Assembly: GCA_047967505.1 (NCBI GenBank)
Contig: CM106538.1
Direction: 5' to 3' (one strand)
Source: Dipteris shenzhenensis
Lineage: Eukaryota
Length of the DNA stretch: 64,000 nucleotides
Position 1 is the first letter of the stretch. The number at the start of each line of letters is the position of its first letter. This document shows, one piece after another, positions 52,861 to 64,000 of the stretch. The notes beneath the pieces are model-generated. The model was not told the origin of the DNA and made no database searches. It was given only the letters and a program-made list of their open reading frames with translations. The position numbers and the translations under genes are program-made.

Positions 52861-54705
52861 TGATTTTTTTCTAAAGTTGAATTTAAAAACCCCTCCTATT
52901 ATTGTAATCCTATTAAATTTTTCCAAAAAGTTTAATTAAAATATTCCTCCTTTTGAATGCATGTGGTATACTAAAATTCTGTGTGGTGAACACCCCAAGT
53001 GCATATACTTCCTTTAAAATAAGTCACATGTATAGCTTTGAGGTGGTGTTGCTCAAGATTTTGATGTGTCTAAAGCCTTAGAACATTTTAGATTCACTAA
53101 GCCAAGCCATGCTAGTAATTCATGGAGGGAAGGCATTGGGATTGTTAAACACATGCATGTTGCTTTTGGGGGCAACCTAGGGTTTTGGCTATGGTGCTTT
53201 TCCTATTGTCCTCAATTTCTTTCTTCCCTCCTACCTACTCAGGAGGCTATGTGATTCATGTGTCAACTGAAATGGCTAGGTTCATGGGCCACATACTAGG
53301 TATTGGACTATGCTCTGCTATACTCTAATTTGTAATTCTCAATGTGGATTCTCAAACTATCTTTTGTGATTGTGGAAGAAAGCTGGTTTTGTATCATCTC
53401 TAATTTTACAATTGCTGTAGTGATGGTACTAGCACAAGCAGCTATGTTCTAATACTAATATATGATCAAGATTAGCAAATCCTCACCTTGTGCAAGTAGC
53501 TCTATAATATAATATAATATACTAGCACAAGCAACTATGTTCTAATACTAATATAGTACGTCAATTTTGCCTTGTGCAAGTTAGCCCAAGATTGACAAAC
53601 CCTCACCTTTCACTCCCTCCCTCAACTTTCCCTCTCTCCCTCCCCTTGGTCCCTTAGCTTTCCCTCTCCCCCTTGTCGTACCTTGATCCCTTTTCCCTCT
53701 CTCCCTCCCCCTGGTCCCTTAGCTTTCCCTCTCTCCTTGCTCGTCCCTTGATCCCTTTGCTTCTCTCTATCCTTACAGAGTCCTCCCTCTCTTTCCCTCC
53801 CTTCCCCTCATTAGGTTTTGTTACGTGGTTAAGTTGTGGTAGGTGGTTGAGTTACATTACCTTTGGTATCTTACATCTGTTTAATATATATCTATAAGAC
53901 TCATGTTATTAATTTTGGGCTAGTGTGCTCTCCAAAATAATATTTATAATTACGTTTAGAAAGAAAGAGAGATATTAGAACCCTCTAAATATTTAAAAAA
54001 AATCCTGTAAATCACAAAAGATGCTCTTGATTTTAAAGGTTTTGTTTTGAAATTATAAGTGATTATTAAAGGGGTTGATGACATTTTCTAGCAATTTCAG
54101 GTAAAATTATAAAATGACTTATGACATTACAAAATCTCCAAGTCAAATTATAAAAAGATTTACAACACAAGGATGTAATTGCAAGTTGCATTACAAAATG
54201 AGCAAGTAAAATTATAAAAGGGAATTTTTGTTGCATTAAATGCAGGTAGTAAAATCTCAAAGTACTTACGTGTTAACAAACACCTTTCAATAGTTACAAG
54301 AACACATGCCTATTAGTACTTTCTATCTTAGAAGTAGTGGAATCCTTTGCTTCATGCTTTTCTTTGTCGCCAATATAAAGACACTAATAGAAGAGGACCG
54401 AGGAATTAAAAATTCTTTCTTACAAAGACTTTTTTCTATTCTAAGTTACTTTTGCTTCATCATGTGGATATGGTCCATAACGAGTCCTTCTATAAGACAT
54501 CTCAATCAATAACTTTACTAGCTCTTCTCTAGTTGAAGGTAATTTTCTTTGTTCTTGTTTACTATCTCTTCATTTCTTGAGCTCCTACTTCTCTTGCCAC
54601 TTATATAGGGAAAACTATTTTTTCTCATCCGATGTCAATGGTTCTCGTTCTCTTTTTTGCTCCTCTCAACATCTTTGGTTCTCAGCAATCTAGTCTAACT
54701 TTTAC

Positions 54706-54951
54706 TCTCAGGGGGGTCACTGCCTGACAAATATGTAAGCATAGCATGTGGGTTCAATAGAAGGGATTTTTAAACTCCGTTTTTTGCACATTTTTTATAG
54801 ATTGAAGGGTACCATTTTATAGGGGGTATTAATAGATTGAATAGAAAAATGGCATGCTTTATTCATGGAAAACTCGCAGATAAGGGACTTCTAAATTAGG
54901 TCTTGAATGCACTTGATATCATAGGATTTACATGTAGTAAACCCCCTGAGA
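54706..54951. mobile_element. 246-bp MITE whose ends match the putative terminus upstream of the RAG-like transposase
   Basis: Perfect 10-bp TIR TCTCAGGGGG...CCCCCTGAGA, extended by tcact/ttact. The reverse complement of 54830-54950 aligns over ~115 bp with 56990-57105 (ttcaag.ccta.tt.a.aa..cccttatctg.ga.tt..; t.ttcaatct.t). No TSD recognised. Confidence 0.65.
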
Positions 54952-57900
54952 AATTACTACTTATTGCTTGCTCCTCTTGAGATATTATTGTAAAAAAATT
55001 CTAAATGGTTACAGAAAATAAGAGAGAATATAGAGAAAGTGCACAACTAAACAAGAAATGAGCAATATAGAAATAGGAAAGAGCAAGAAATGAGCAAGAT
55101 GGAAATAGAAAAGAGCAAGCAAGGGTGAGAGAAAGGAAGTGCTTTCTCCATGATTATGAGAGAAGAAAGAAAGTACTTTTGCAACAAGATGAGAAATGAA
55201 ATGCACAACTATACATTGATGAAATGGAAGCAAAAAGTTGAGAACAGGAAGAGAAGAAGATGATGACAAAAAATAAGTGTTTTTGCCAAGATCTGAAAGA
55301 TTTGAAATAAAGTGATTAGGGAAGGGGCTGTAGTTATTATATTCTCCTCATGACACATTTAATATAATTGATAAAGTGGAGTGAAATATTTAAAATACAT
55401 TTTTGGAGATAGGATTGATATAATCATTATATTCTCATAATGAGCTATTTCATATAATTTAAAAAATCATGAGACATTCATATAATATTTAAAAAACATA
55501 TCAGCACATGATCCTTGTGCATTCGGGGAATTTTCTCAATTACAAATCAACATGAAATAAACATTACAAGCACATGCTCCTCATGCGTTGAGACATTTTT
55601 TAGTATAACTACAACACAACATCATCATGAGATATTTCATAAAATTAAAAAATATCACATGAAAATATAGTTGTAATTCATATTGAATGTGTTTTTCTTA
55701 CACAAAAATTTGGCCATTTAGGCCATTTGCATGCTTCAAAACTTGTATAATTTATCAATGAAGAATGTTGGGTAGACTCATCTAATGCTTCTTTGGAGGC
55801 AGTGATGCTTTGTGTGTAGATTGTATCTTTGACACTTTATTTAAGCCTTTCTTTTAGCCTCTAATATGTGTGAACTACATCTTTGTTGCTTCATTCATGC
55901 CTACAATAGAGAAAAACCATGTGAAGTCTTTGGGAAATGCCTCTTTGATGGCTTCTACTATTTGTTGATTAGCATACCTTGCCCTGAATATATCATAAGA
56001 TGTAAAGGTGATGGAGAAGGCACACCACGCTTGTCCTCTAGATCAGTGACTTGTAGTGGTATAGTTGAAAGTAAAGAAAAGCACCATCATTCTTCCAATT
56101 TCCTAAGGATACACACCAAAAACTCCATGCCCCACTTCTCATGGCTAGCTAACACTCAAACAATGAGGTGTGGTGAAGAGTAGCCCTAAAAAATATTCAT
56201 CATGAAAAGTCCCTAAAAAGAAAGTAGAAGCTACTATGCCATACTTGGAGTGATGGAGCTACAACAACAAAAGGAACAGGGACCCTCAAATGACCGTCAA
56301 ATGCATTGGTTTACAATCTCCAATGCACAAATTACACTAGAAGTAAGAGAACAAAGTACTTGTGCATGAATGATGAAAACCATGTGATCTAGTAGCAAGT
56401 AGAGGTCAATCAAGATGTCAAGAAGAAGGAATAAATTGGCATGCATGGCCATGCACGCCAATAAGGCATCCATGCATACACCTCAATTCATTGTTACCCA
56501 CTAGAATAATACCTTCAACTTACTCATGACCTCATGGACTCATGATGTCATGCACTTTGAGGAAGGGTGGGTCAAACATTGATGTGGGGGGATCCACATG
56601 CCATATGCACATAAGACAAATAGGACTCCCTGATATCTATCCTTAGGCATTGACCATTGTCCCCACAATTTGGATGCTTTGCATCCAATTGATTCCAGCT
56701 CCTCACGGTCAGACTCTCTGTGATTAGAGGATTAATCACTAAAGTAATTTGCAAATAAATTCCATCATACGCATGGATTGGTGTTGTATCTCTTAGCTTG
56801 GTTGGCACCAATCGTTTGATATGTAAGGCCTAAAAGATAAAGATTGTAATTGTTCTTGATTGTAAAAGCTATTCTACTTTACTATATCCCACCTCATGTC
56901 TACATTTATGTGCTTAGTAAGTATTTGATTTTCTTCTCATCTACATTGTAGAGGGAGTCCTACAAGAGGGGTATTGGTACTTAATGCACTCGAGGGGATC
57001 ACTATGTATAAACCCTATAGTGTGTTCAAGGCCTATTTATAAAACCCCTTATCTGTGAATTATTCATTAATGAAATGCACCCTTTTCCTATTCAATCTGT
57101 AAATGTTTTTCTAAAGTCCTTTTTACAACACCCTTTTGTCTATGAAAATGTGAGAAAAAATGAAGTTAACATTACAAAAAATTTGGGCTAAAAAAGGGAC
57201 CTATAAGGGAGCCCTTGGGCTGGTGACATGGAAGAATAAGATGAATAAAACCCAATAGAATATTGGCTGGTGGAGGGCAATAGAATATTGGAAGTGACAT
57301 GACTTCTCTATTTCCTTATTCAATGTCCCAAACAATGATGTGGAGCACCCACTTGCTACCTCAACTCTCCCATCACATTGTTTACTATATAACCAAACTG
57401 AGAAACCTAGTTTCTCAACCAAACTTGTACCATTTGACCCGAAACCAAATCCTCCCATTTAACTACCACACTCCTTTCATTCTCTCTCATTCCTCTTACT
57501 TCCCCCTCATTTCTAAGCACCATTTTGAATTTTTATTTGCTCCAGCCCTCTTTTTAAATTTCCTACTGGCTCTTGAGCAGGAAGCTTCTTTCTCTATTCT
57601 CCCTCTCATGGGATGGAATCTCATGCCAAAATCTCGTCACTTCTCTTCTCTACCTACATTTCCCTCCCATTTCACTCTCATTCTTTTAAAACTTTCAAGA
57701 TTTTTGAATGAGATTCAACTTACCTTCTCCTTTCTCTATTTTGGGCACTTCTCCTTCAAATCTCGCCACTTCCTCTCTCATTTGAGATTCTCCCACGATC
57801 TCAAGTGATTTCATTTAGGAAGATAAGGCAATCAATGTTCTGAGCAAGCCATGAATGATGCAAGGTGTTTGGAGCTTAGAAGGAGCTACTGGACGAGATT

Positions 57901-58134
57901 CTTTAAGAAAGGATCAAAGAAGATTGACTTTCAGGAATTGCAATTGCTAATGCATGAAAATCAATCTTTCTTTTACCCATCTCTCAATACTAGTCACTTT
58001 CCCTGTTGCAATCTCTAAGGGTGCATGATTTCAAACCATTTGTAAAGGTTTGGGGTCCATCCAGACAACTTGTATGGAGGTTGAGGTGAGATAATCTTTG
58101 GAACAATGCAACACAGTGATTATGATGAGATTTG

Positions 58135-58900
58135 TTTGTTAATGATGTAACTTTGAAGAAACAGTTAGTTCATAGTTCATTTTGTGTAGTTGTGTTGTTT
58201 TGTTTTATTACATGGTTTGAAAATGTTGAAAATTTTGTTTGTTTTGTAAGAAATTCCATGAGAAATGAGTCTTTTCAACTCTTACTATCAATAGTTTTCT
58301 ATAGAATATTGCTTAAAATAGATTTCAAGATGTTCGGGAGCATATAATTTGTTTAAATTAAAGCAAGAACCATCAACTTCACCATTCCTAGAACACATTT
58401 GGGACCACTGGGAGGGACAAGTTTGCTAACATTTTTCTTTCATAAAACCTTGCTCCAAGAATCAGGTACTGTTCATTCATGTAGTTTTAGAATGTTTTTA
58501 GTTTTCAACTCAAATCAGGGTCTATCAAAGCAACTTGCATGGAGATTCAGGTGAGAAAACCTTTAGAATAATGCAAGACAATGAAAATAATGAGATTTTA
58601 TGATGCAATTTTGAAGAAGCAGTTAATTTGTAGTTTGTTTTGGTAATTGTGCTGTTTTCTTTTAATACATGATTTGAAGAGGAAGAAAGATTTGTTTGTT
58701 TTAAAAGATACACTCTTACTATTGAGATTTTTTTAAGAAGATGGTTTGGAAGCATATAATTAGTTTTGGAGAAAAATCCATCAACTTCAGCAACCTGGAT
58801 TACAAGAGGGACCTTTGAGGAGGACAAGTTTGATCACGTTTTTTCTTCCAAGATCCCTGTGAGGTATTGTTCATTCCCATAGTTTAACAGTGTTTGATGA
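58135..58900. repeat. Diverged tandem duplication (two copies starting ~460 bp apart) in the putative first intron of the transposase
   Basis: ~58135-58500 and ~58600-58900 share gaagaa.cagtta.tt, tacatg.tttga, tttgtttgtttt, ctcttactat, gcatataatt, catcaacttca, ggacaagtttg and ggta.tgttcattc in the same order. Confidence 0.7.
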
Positions 58901-59061
58901 TAAGTAAATGTTTTTTTGAATTTGTAGATTTCAATCATTAGATTTTGCATGCAATTGGGGTTTTCATTTTTGCTTGGTTTGATACTTTTCTGAAACATGT
59001 CATGTTTGTCATCATCAATGTTATATTATATTTGTCATCAGTCAATGTTATATTATATTAG

Positions 59062-61866
59062 GTGGAAAGTGCATGAAATCATGTAAACCACTCAGAATTT
59101 AAAGACGGTTGATATCCATTTTCAAATAGATGTAGAGAATGCACCATTTTTAAAGAGGAATGAATCCTCCTTAGTAAGTGAAAGTGATTTAGTAGCTCTT
59201 TGAAATCAAGGAAAAACACATATGGATTTGTGTTTAGAAGGGAAAATATATCCAATAGATTCACAAACTTGTCAGACTCCTCAATTCTATGGATTGACTA
59301 GCTTAATAAAGCTCCTATGTAAGGGTAAGAATGGTTTGTTAAGATATTGTTGAAGTTTGATTGGTCATGGAGCAAGTAGCCTTCACAGCCAATCTCAATC
59401 TTTGCTTAATGAAAGAGACAAAAGGATCGCAATGTTGGAGGCTTGGAATCAACGTTTGATATCATCTATGCAATCTAAAAGTGTTAAAATTTTGCATATG
59501 ATGGCATAGAGAAGAAAAATCAAGAATTATAGGTAAAGGTTTAAACATTAGATGCTCAATTGGGAGAGAGCACTATAGATGCAATTCACTTATAGATGCA
59601 AAACACAGTTCTGAAGGATGAGATCAAAAAGTTAGAAAAAACATTATCATTCATGAAGGATACTCCAATGGGTCCAAGACTACATAAGAGGAAATTGCAT
59701 CCAATGGATGAAATATCCAAGAAAACTGATCACTCGAAGTGTCGAGTGAGAGCTTGTAGGACTGTTTCAGAACTCATGTCTATCCATGATGAGCACTATG
59801 GCGCTATGGGTGAAGTGTTTATGAAAAAAATGTTGGAGTCTGCTGTTATACAACATCCAAAATTCAAAAGTCTAAAATCAAAGATAACATCTGAGTCAAT
59901 GAGCAAAGTTGAGCATTTCAATGCAACTAGTGCACAAGGAGTTTGTGATATTGTAGGGATAAGTACGTGGGTATATCGGCTCATATTTAAGAGCTTAAAG
60001 ACAACATGTCTTTCTGTGGGAGGAAAAGTTAAAGCCCCGCTTCCTAAACTAATTGATGTTGATAAGGCCAGGCATGCACTCAATTTGGGCATACTTGATT
60101 TAGTCGGTGAGCCCCAGCATGTATGTAGTACACTAACTTTGAAAACAAAGGCTAGAGAGTTTAAAGAATTGGAATTGACAGTCAAAAATAACTTTGTGAT
60201 GAATGTTCAAAGAGTTTTGCAAGCCATGGTGAAGTTTTACAATATGCCTATGGAGGAATGCAATAGTACTCTAAAGATTGTACTAAAGCTTGATGAAAGT
60301 GAGGTGGTCAAAGGTCAAAAATTAAAACGAGTTAGTTTGACAATGATCAATAGAATACTGGACCTTGAAGTTGAGCTTGATGATGCAAGACAGTTCAATG
60401 TGCAATCAGAATAGGAGATTTAGTGGTTGGCTGCCTTTGAGGTATGATGGAAATTTGAATTTTAATGTAATAATGTAAAAAGACTTAGAATATTTGAGGA
60501 ATATTTTGAAATAACATGTGAGTTTTTTTTTGCAGGTGCTGAAAGAGTCACATTCAATTTTGAAGTGGTTTTTTTACCAAACCGATATCCCAAGTGTGAT
60601 CAAAGGTCATAACAATGGTGAGCTACTTGAAGTTGAGGGCTATGGATCCTACCGTGTAGAATGGCATCTAGATGCTGACCTCAAGACTATTAAATGTATG
60701 TTTAATGTGGGACATGGAGCAAATACAAGCCATCCTTATCCACTATGCATGCAAATGAGAGTACCTGCAAAGGGTGGTAAAAAGAATCAAAAGCAATGGG
60801 CCTTTGAACTTGCAGAGATAGATCAAACTAAGGCATCGGATACCGATGCTCTAGGGAAATATCCATCATAGAGCCCAATTCTTGAAATTCCTCTTGAGCG
60901 AGTACACGTTTATGCGCTTCATGCTATTGTGAGAATAATTGAAAAGTTGATGCATCTCTGTACATCATCGATGCATATAACTTGAAGCCCTAACAAGAGA
61001 GTGAAAGGATGATTGCAAGAATTGAAAAGGTTCTTTCAAATATGGGATTACACTCTAGGCAAGTAAAGATTACAAAAGATGAGAAAAGATGTGGAAAAAT
61101 AGGCAATGTTCCTTCTAATCCAAGCTTTGGTGGTGTCAAGGCTTTAAAATTCCTTTCTTCAAAGAAGAAGAATGACAAGCTCAAATGTGCTAATGAGTTT
61201 GATGCATGGAGAAAGTTACACAATGCCTATTGTGAATGAGGGGGGAAGGGACAAAAAAGATTGGAAAAGGCATGAGCGTGGTTAGCTCTTGATAGCTTGG
61301 TACCTTTACTACAAAAGAAAAGATTCGAAGATGATGATGCATAGTGTTTCATCAATGATGTGAATGACTTTAGCCGGAATATGGAGATAGCTTGGGGAAA
61401 GAATCATTTCACACAATACATGGTAATCTCTAACTTGGACATTGAGATGTGCATATTGAATGGCCCTATATTTACTAAATTGTTTTTCTATTTGGCAGCA
61501 CATTTTAGATGCTCATGCACTATACATGGCATGGAAAGATCGCATTGGCAAGCGCATTGTGCATATAATAGAGTAACCCAACATGGGGGTGGTAGAACTA
61601 AGTCAAGCCCAATGGTTCAATTGGTTCAATGGGGGTACAGGCATATCAAAATTAGAGCAGCCGCAACACTAGCATTCAAAGAGTCCTTAGTGTCCCATGT
61701 AGTGCAAGATGTTAACACGAAACGTCGAAGAAGAATATACAACTCATCAAATGCAAGATAGAATGATGTAAGGTGGCGAGCAACCTGTCATAGACAAGGG
61801 TGCATATGGGTGGAGACACATGAAAATGATGGTGTAGACTCTTCCAATGTGCATGCCCATGCATAA
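59062..61866 (+). pseudogene. RAG1-core/Transib-like DDE transposase, intron-containing, inactivated by stops and frameshifts (possible upstream exon 57851-58085)
   Basis: Ordered motifs: LKIVLKLDES (D at 60292); intron 60442-60535; VEWHLDADLK (D at 60677); GHGANTSHPYPLC (decayed CxxC); VHVYALHAIVRI; FTQYM|HILDAH across intron 61423-61498; GMERSH (E at 61534). These parallel RAG1 VKESCDG, GYDEK, GSVYICTLC, IDALH, TNYFHKTLAH and EGNESGNK. Confidence 0.75.
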
Positions 61867-62048
61867 GTTTTAGAATCTCCTTGTAATTTTAGTAATGTGA
61901 TTTGCAGTAAAGCCAATGTATAATGGCCATGAGCATAGTACAAATTAGAAATTTTGAGTTATTGGATGTTAATTATAAGTATTTAGCTCAAGGTTGCACC
62001 AATTTTACTTCTTTTAGAGTTTTTATTAAAACAAGCATTTTTAAAAAT

Positions 62049-62081
62049 TAGGGTTTTGGGCCCTATATAAAAGAATGGGCC
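62049..62081 (+). promoter_or_regulatory. Compact plant promoter: telo-box, site II, TATA box, site II
   Basis: TAGGGTTT (62049-62056), TGGGCC (62057-62062), TATATAAAA (62064-62072), TGGGCC (62076-62081), then a pyrimidine-rich leader to the ATG at 62204. Confidence 0.55.
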
Positions 62082-62203
62082 CTCATTTTCATTTCATTGT
62101 TTAAAGAGCTCTCTAGTCCCACACCACCTCCCACTTGCCCCTGACATTTCCACCCTATATTTTGCACCCTCACCCTTTCTCTCGCACACTCTCTCCATCC
62201 CCC

Positions 62204-62951
62204 ATGGCCAGGCGCAAGATCAAGGCACCATAAAGACTGGCACAACCAGACCCACCTCTAGACTCAAAGACAAAGAATGATAGCCTCCCCCCCTCTCCCC
62301 CGATGATCCCTGTTGAAGGGAGAAACTGCCAATCCGAAAGCCAGACAGGGAGCAAGGAGTAAGCCCACAGACAGAGGGGCAGAGGAAGGCACAAGAGGAT
62401 CATTATGCAGAGGCTGATGACTCAGAGAGCACAGAGGAGGAGCATGAGGAAGAGGAACAACGAAGGACAGAGCAAAGGAATAAGGCAAGAACAGACAATT
62501 AGGGTCCACGCCAATGGGGGATAGGACACCAAGCTCTAGATCCATGGCAAAGAGGCCCTCAACATCTAGGAAGAGGCCCTCCACATCAAGGGTAAAGAGG
62601 CCCTCCTCCAGTGAGGTGATACAGATTCAAGCTAGGGACAGTGGCACTTTGGGAGATCAGAAAATTTCAAAAGTCCATCGATCTACTCATCTTGATTGTG
62701 AGCTTCGCAAGGGTGGTACGGTCATGTAGAACCTCAATAATAGCTCAACCTCTCGATTTTATAGGTGCGGAGTTATGGAGGCTCCCTAGCGTATTTCTAG
62801 AGATGCCTTACTTACCATGCAGCATGCAACTAAGGTCTACCTAGTAGACCTCATGGATGACACCCAGCTAGCTACCATCCATAGGAAAACGATCGTGGTG
62901 ACCGCAAAAGACATGTAGTGTATTGTATGCTCCACCTTGGGTGATAGTTAG
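62204..62951 (+). pseudogene. Divergent histone H3-family (CENH3-like) gene with a long N-terminal tail, pseudogenised
   Basis: Starts MARRKIKAP*RLA. The histone fold reads R*YRFKLGTVALWEIRKFQKSIDLLILIVSFARV (62614-62715) and, after a possible intron (62716-62764) and a frameshift, RISRDALLTMQHATKVYLVDLMDDTQLATIHRKTIVVTAKDM (62790-62915). This is colinear with H3 [68 protein letters not shown]. Confidence 0.85.
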
Positions 62952-63065
62952 ATTCATATGCTCTGCCTATGGGCATCTGTCTTGTATCAGCCTCTTTTCA
63001 ATATAATAAAATGTCTATTATCTTTGTATGTGCAATCTCAAATTTATTTTCATTGTATTTGTAAT

Positions 63066-64000
63066 TGTTGGGGTAAAGGGCAGTGTGCCCACCCACTTGT
63101 ACAGTTGCCATGTATACTCATATATATATGATAGAGGAATAAGCTGGAGTAGCTTTTGCTCCACCACTTTTGGTGTCTCCTTATTCCTTTGTGTGTGCTC
63201 TCCTCTCCCACAACTGGTATCAGAGCAGGTCATGGTGTTCGGTCTGCAGGGAGCTTCGCGAGAGCTTGTGGTGTGTGCGAATCGAGCATTGAAGGAGCTT
63301 TGGATTAATGTTTCTCGTGGAGAAGATGGGACAGCCATAGCTATGTTGATCTGCTGATCTGAGCTCCGGGAGCTCGAGGAGAAGAGCCTGAGGAGAGAGT
63401 TCAATGCAGCCATCGAGGGAGCCCAGGCTGTTGAGGCACCCATGAGCGTGTGTTGCAAGACACTGTTGTAGAGCCGTGAGTAGGAGTGGTACCTTGTTAT
63501 GCCTAGTGGCTCTATTCTTGTTCTACAGAGGGTTAGACATATACCAGGACTTGCTACGAGCAAGATCAGTACTGGACAGTTGGTTGAGGTAGGTTATCAT
63601 GTCTCTTTGGGTGATCATGCATGGAAAATTGCTAGAGGCAATCTGGTTATGGCTAGGGGATCACGGGTTGGATTCTCTTATGCATTGCATGTATCAGGTG
63701 TCCAGGATAAGATGCTTATGATTAGTAAGCAGCCATCAGCTAGTTTATGGTATGCCAGACTTGGACATATGTCTACTGCAGGTATGGAAGCCCTTACAAC
63801 ATTGAGATACATTCCTGTTATGGATGTCTCTCAAATTTTATGTCATGATTGTGATGATGGTCAGCAATTAGGATCCTCCTTTGTGAGGAAGATAGTCAGT
63901 GAGAGATATCTTGAGCCATTGCAGTTGGTTCATAGTGCAGTTTGTGGGCCTATGCCTACCGTTTCACTGGGTGGCGCCTCTTACTTTGTGACATTTATTG
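63066..64000 (+). mobile_element. Ty1/copia retrotransposon 5' part: short LTR (63066-63212), PBS, deleted gag, GAG-pre-integrase and integrase start; runs off the window
   Basis: TG...CA LTR, TGGTATCAGAGC PBS at 63215-63226, then VRHIPGL...IS.GQL, LWYARLGHMS and LQLVHSAVCGPMPTVSLGGASYFVTFI. Confidence 0.9.

Larger units (their letters stand above)
56987..63065 (+). mobile_element. Putative RAG1/Transib-like DNA transposon carrying a histone H3-like gene; right end not seen (Copia insertion from 63066)
   Basis: Left terminus CACTCGAGGGGATCACTATG is shared with the MITE and other dispersed ends, followed by the transposase pseudogene and the H3-like pseudogene in tandem. Inclusion of the H3-like gene within the element is inferred from adjacency. 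Confidence 0.5.

Noticed and set aside
55800-56830. Degenerate minus-strand coding-like sequence (also 26600-27800, 45780-46400 and 47560-48010)
   Set aside because: Probably TE remnants, but no diagnostic motif could be recognised, so no call was made.
57000-57006. CACTATG as an RSS-heptamer-like terminus
   Set aside because: Homology with other ends extends ~13 bp further left and the 7-mer is not conserved among copies, so it cannot be called the terminus without more copies.
62514-62729. ORF with KRPSTSR repeats as the histone tail
   Set aside because: It is out of frame with the histone fold; the in-frame reading gives RGP(P/Q) repeats continuous with the acidic patch.
63018-63563. 181-aa minus-strand ORF
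   Set aside because: It is antisense to the Copia LTR/gag region with no recognisable domain.

Overview
Eukaryotic, transposon-dense, CpG-depleted DNA. It looks like a large land-plant genome (fern-like; this is an inference from the tRNA-iMet-primed Copia elements, CACTA elements, plant-type cytochrome b561 gene and long RY microsatellites). Only one intact host gene is visible: a 4-exon cytochrome b561-domain gene (21768-22944, minus). The rest is nested, mostly decayed mobile DNA. (1) A Ty3/gypsy integrase remnant and a truncated CACTA element. (2) A ~14.5 kb Helentron-like rolling-circle element (6960-21531) carrying an RPA70-like gene, a Rep N-terminal region and an AP endonuclease. It is interrupted by a complete 7.5 kb CACTA-superfamily element with CACAA termini, an ATG target-site duplication and divergently arranged genes. 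(3) Several Copia pieces, foldbacks and tandem-repeat mosaics. The most striking region is 57-63 kb. It holds an intron-containing, pseudogenised transposase with the RAG1/Transib-type motif order (D..D-x-K..CxxC..LH..YxHxxxxH..E). About 340 bp downstream lies a divergent histone H3/CENH3-like gene with its own telo-box/site II/TATA promoter. Both lie downstream of a terminal sequence that recurs elsewhere in the window, including as both ends of a 246-bp MITE. This suggests a RAG-like plant DNA transposon family carrying a histone H3 variant as cargo. All family assignments are by eye from motifs; no database searches were run.
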